DNA of 64,000 bases from Takakia lepidozioides (taxonomy: Eukaryota > Plantae > Bryophyta): NCBI GenBank assembly GCA_030704615.1, contig CM060733.1, positions 8,804,001 to 8,868,000 on the forward strand. The letters run 5' to 3'. The position numbers were made by a program, and so were the translations under genes. Positions 63,943 to 64,000 of the stretch are shown piece by piece (the first letter of the stretch is position 1; each line of letters opens with the position of its first letter). The notes below the pieces were generated by a model. It made no database searches. It saw nothing but the letters and a program-made list of their open reading frames with translations, and had not been told where the DNA came from.

Positions 63943-64000
63943 TAGAGAATAGGTACTACCTTTGTGAGGGGCTCAGTCCAGTAGTGTGACTTACCTTGGT

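Overview
Intron-rich eukaryotic sequence from a green plant. Protein sequences and gene structure suggest a non-seed or early-diverging land plant, but this is inference. Host genes: a TEY MAP kinase (minus, runs off the left edge), UFD1 (minus), a CHR12/CHR23-type SWI2/SNF2 ATPase (minus), eRF1 (plus) and an ABHD11-like alpha/beta-hydrolase (plus, runs off the right edge). Between the ATPase and eRF1 lies a ~27.5 kb nested retrotransposon cluster. A Copia gag is split by an RLE-type LINE, the LINE is split by Gypsy element A, and A is split by two related Gypsy elements, B (35431-47425) and C (48166-52760). Internal inversions also rearranged the cluster. Main observation: all three Gypsy insertions have DDE-type TG..CA ends and 4-bp TSDs, but their LTRs are circularly permuted. 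The integrated ends lie at a palindromic junction inside the LTR (GACA-gc-TGTC in B), not at the PPT/PBS-defined LTR ends. B and A read B'-internal-PPT-A'-2nt-B'-A', as expected from an opened 2-LTR circle. C reads B'-internal-PPT-A', as expected from an opened 1-LTR circle or an internally cut cDNA. Element B also encodes a DNMT3-like cytosine methyltransferase between protease and RT and a PHD finger on its integrase. It has a putative self-priming PBS and carries a captured kinase fragment. All coordinates and comparisons were read by eye; no database searches were run.
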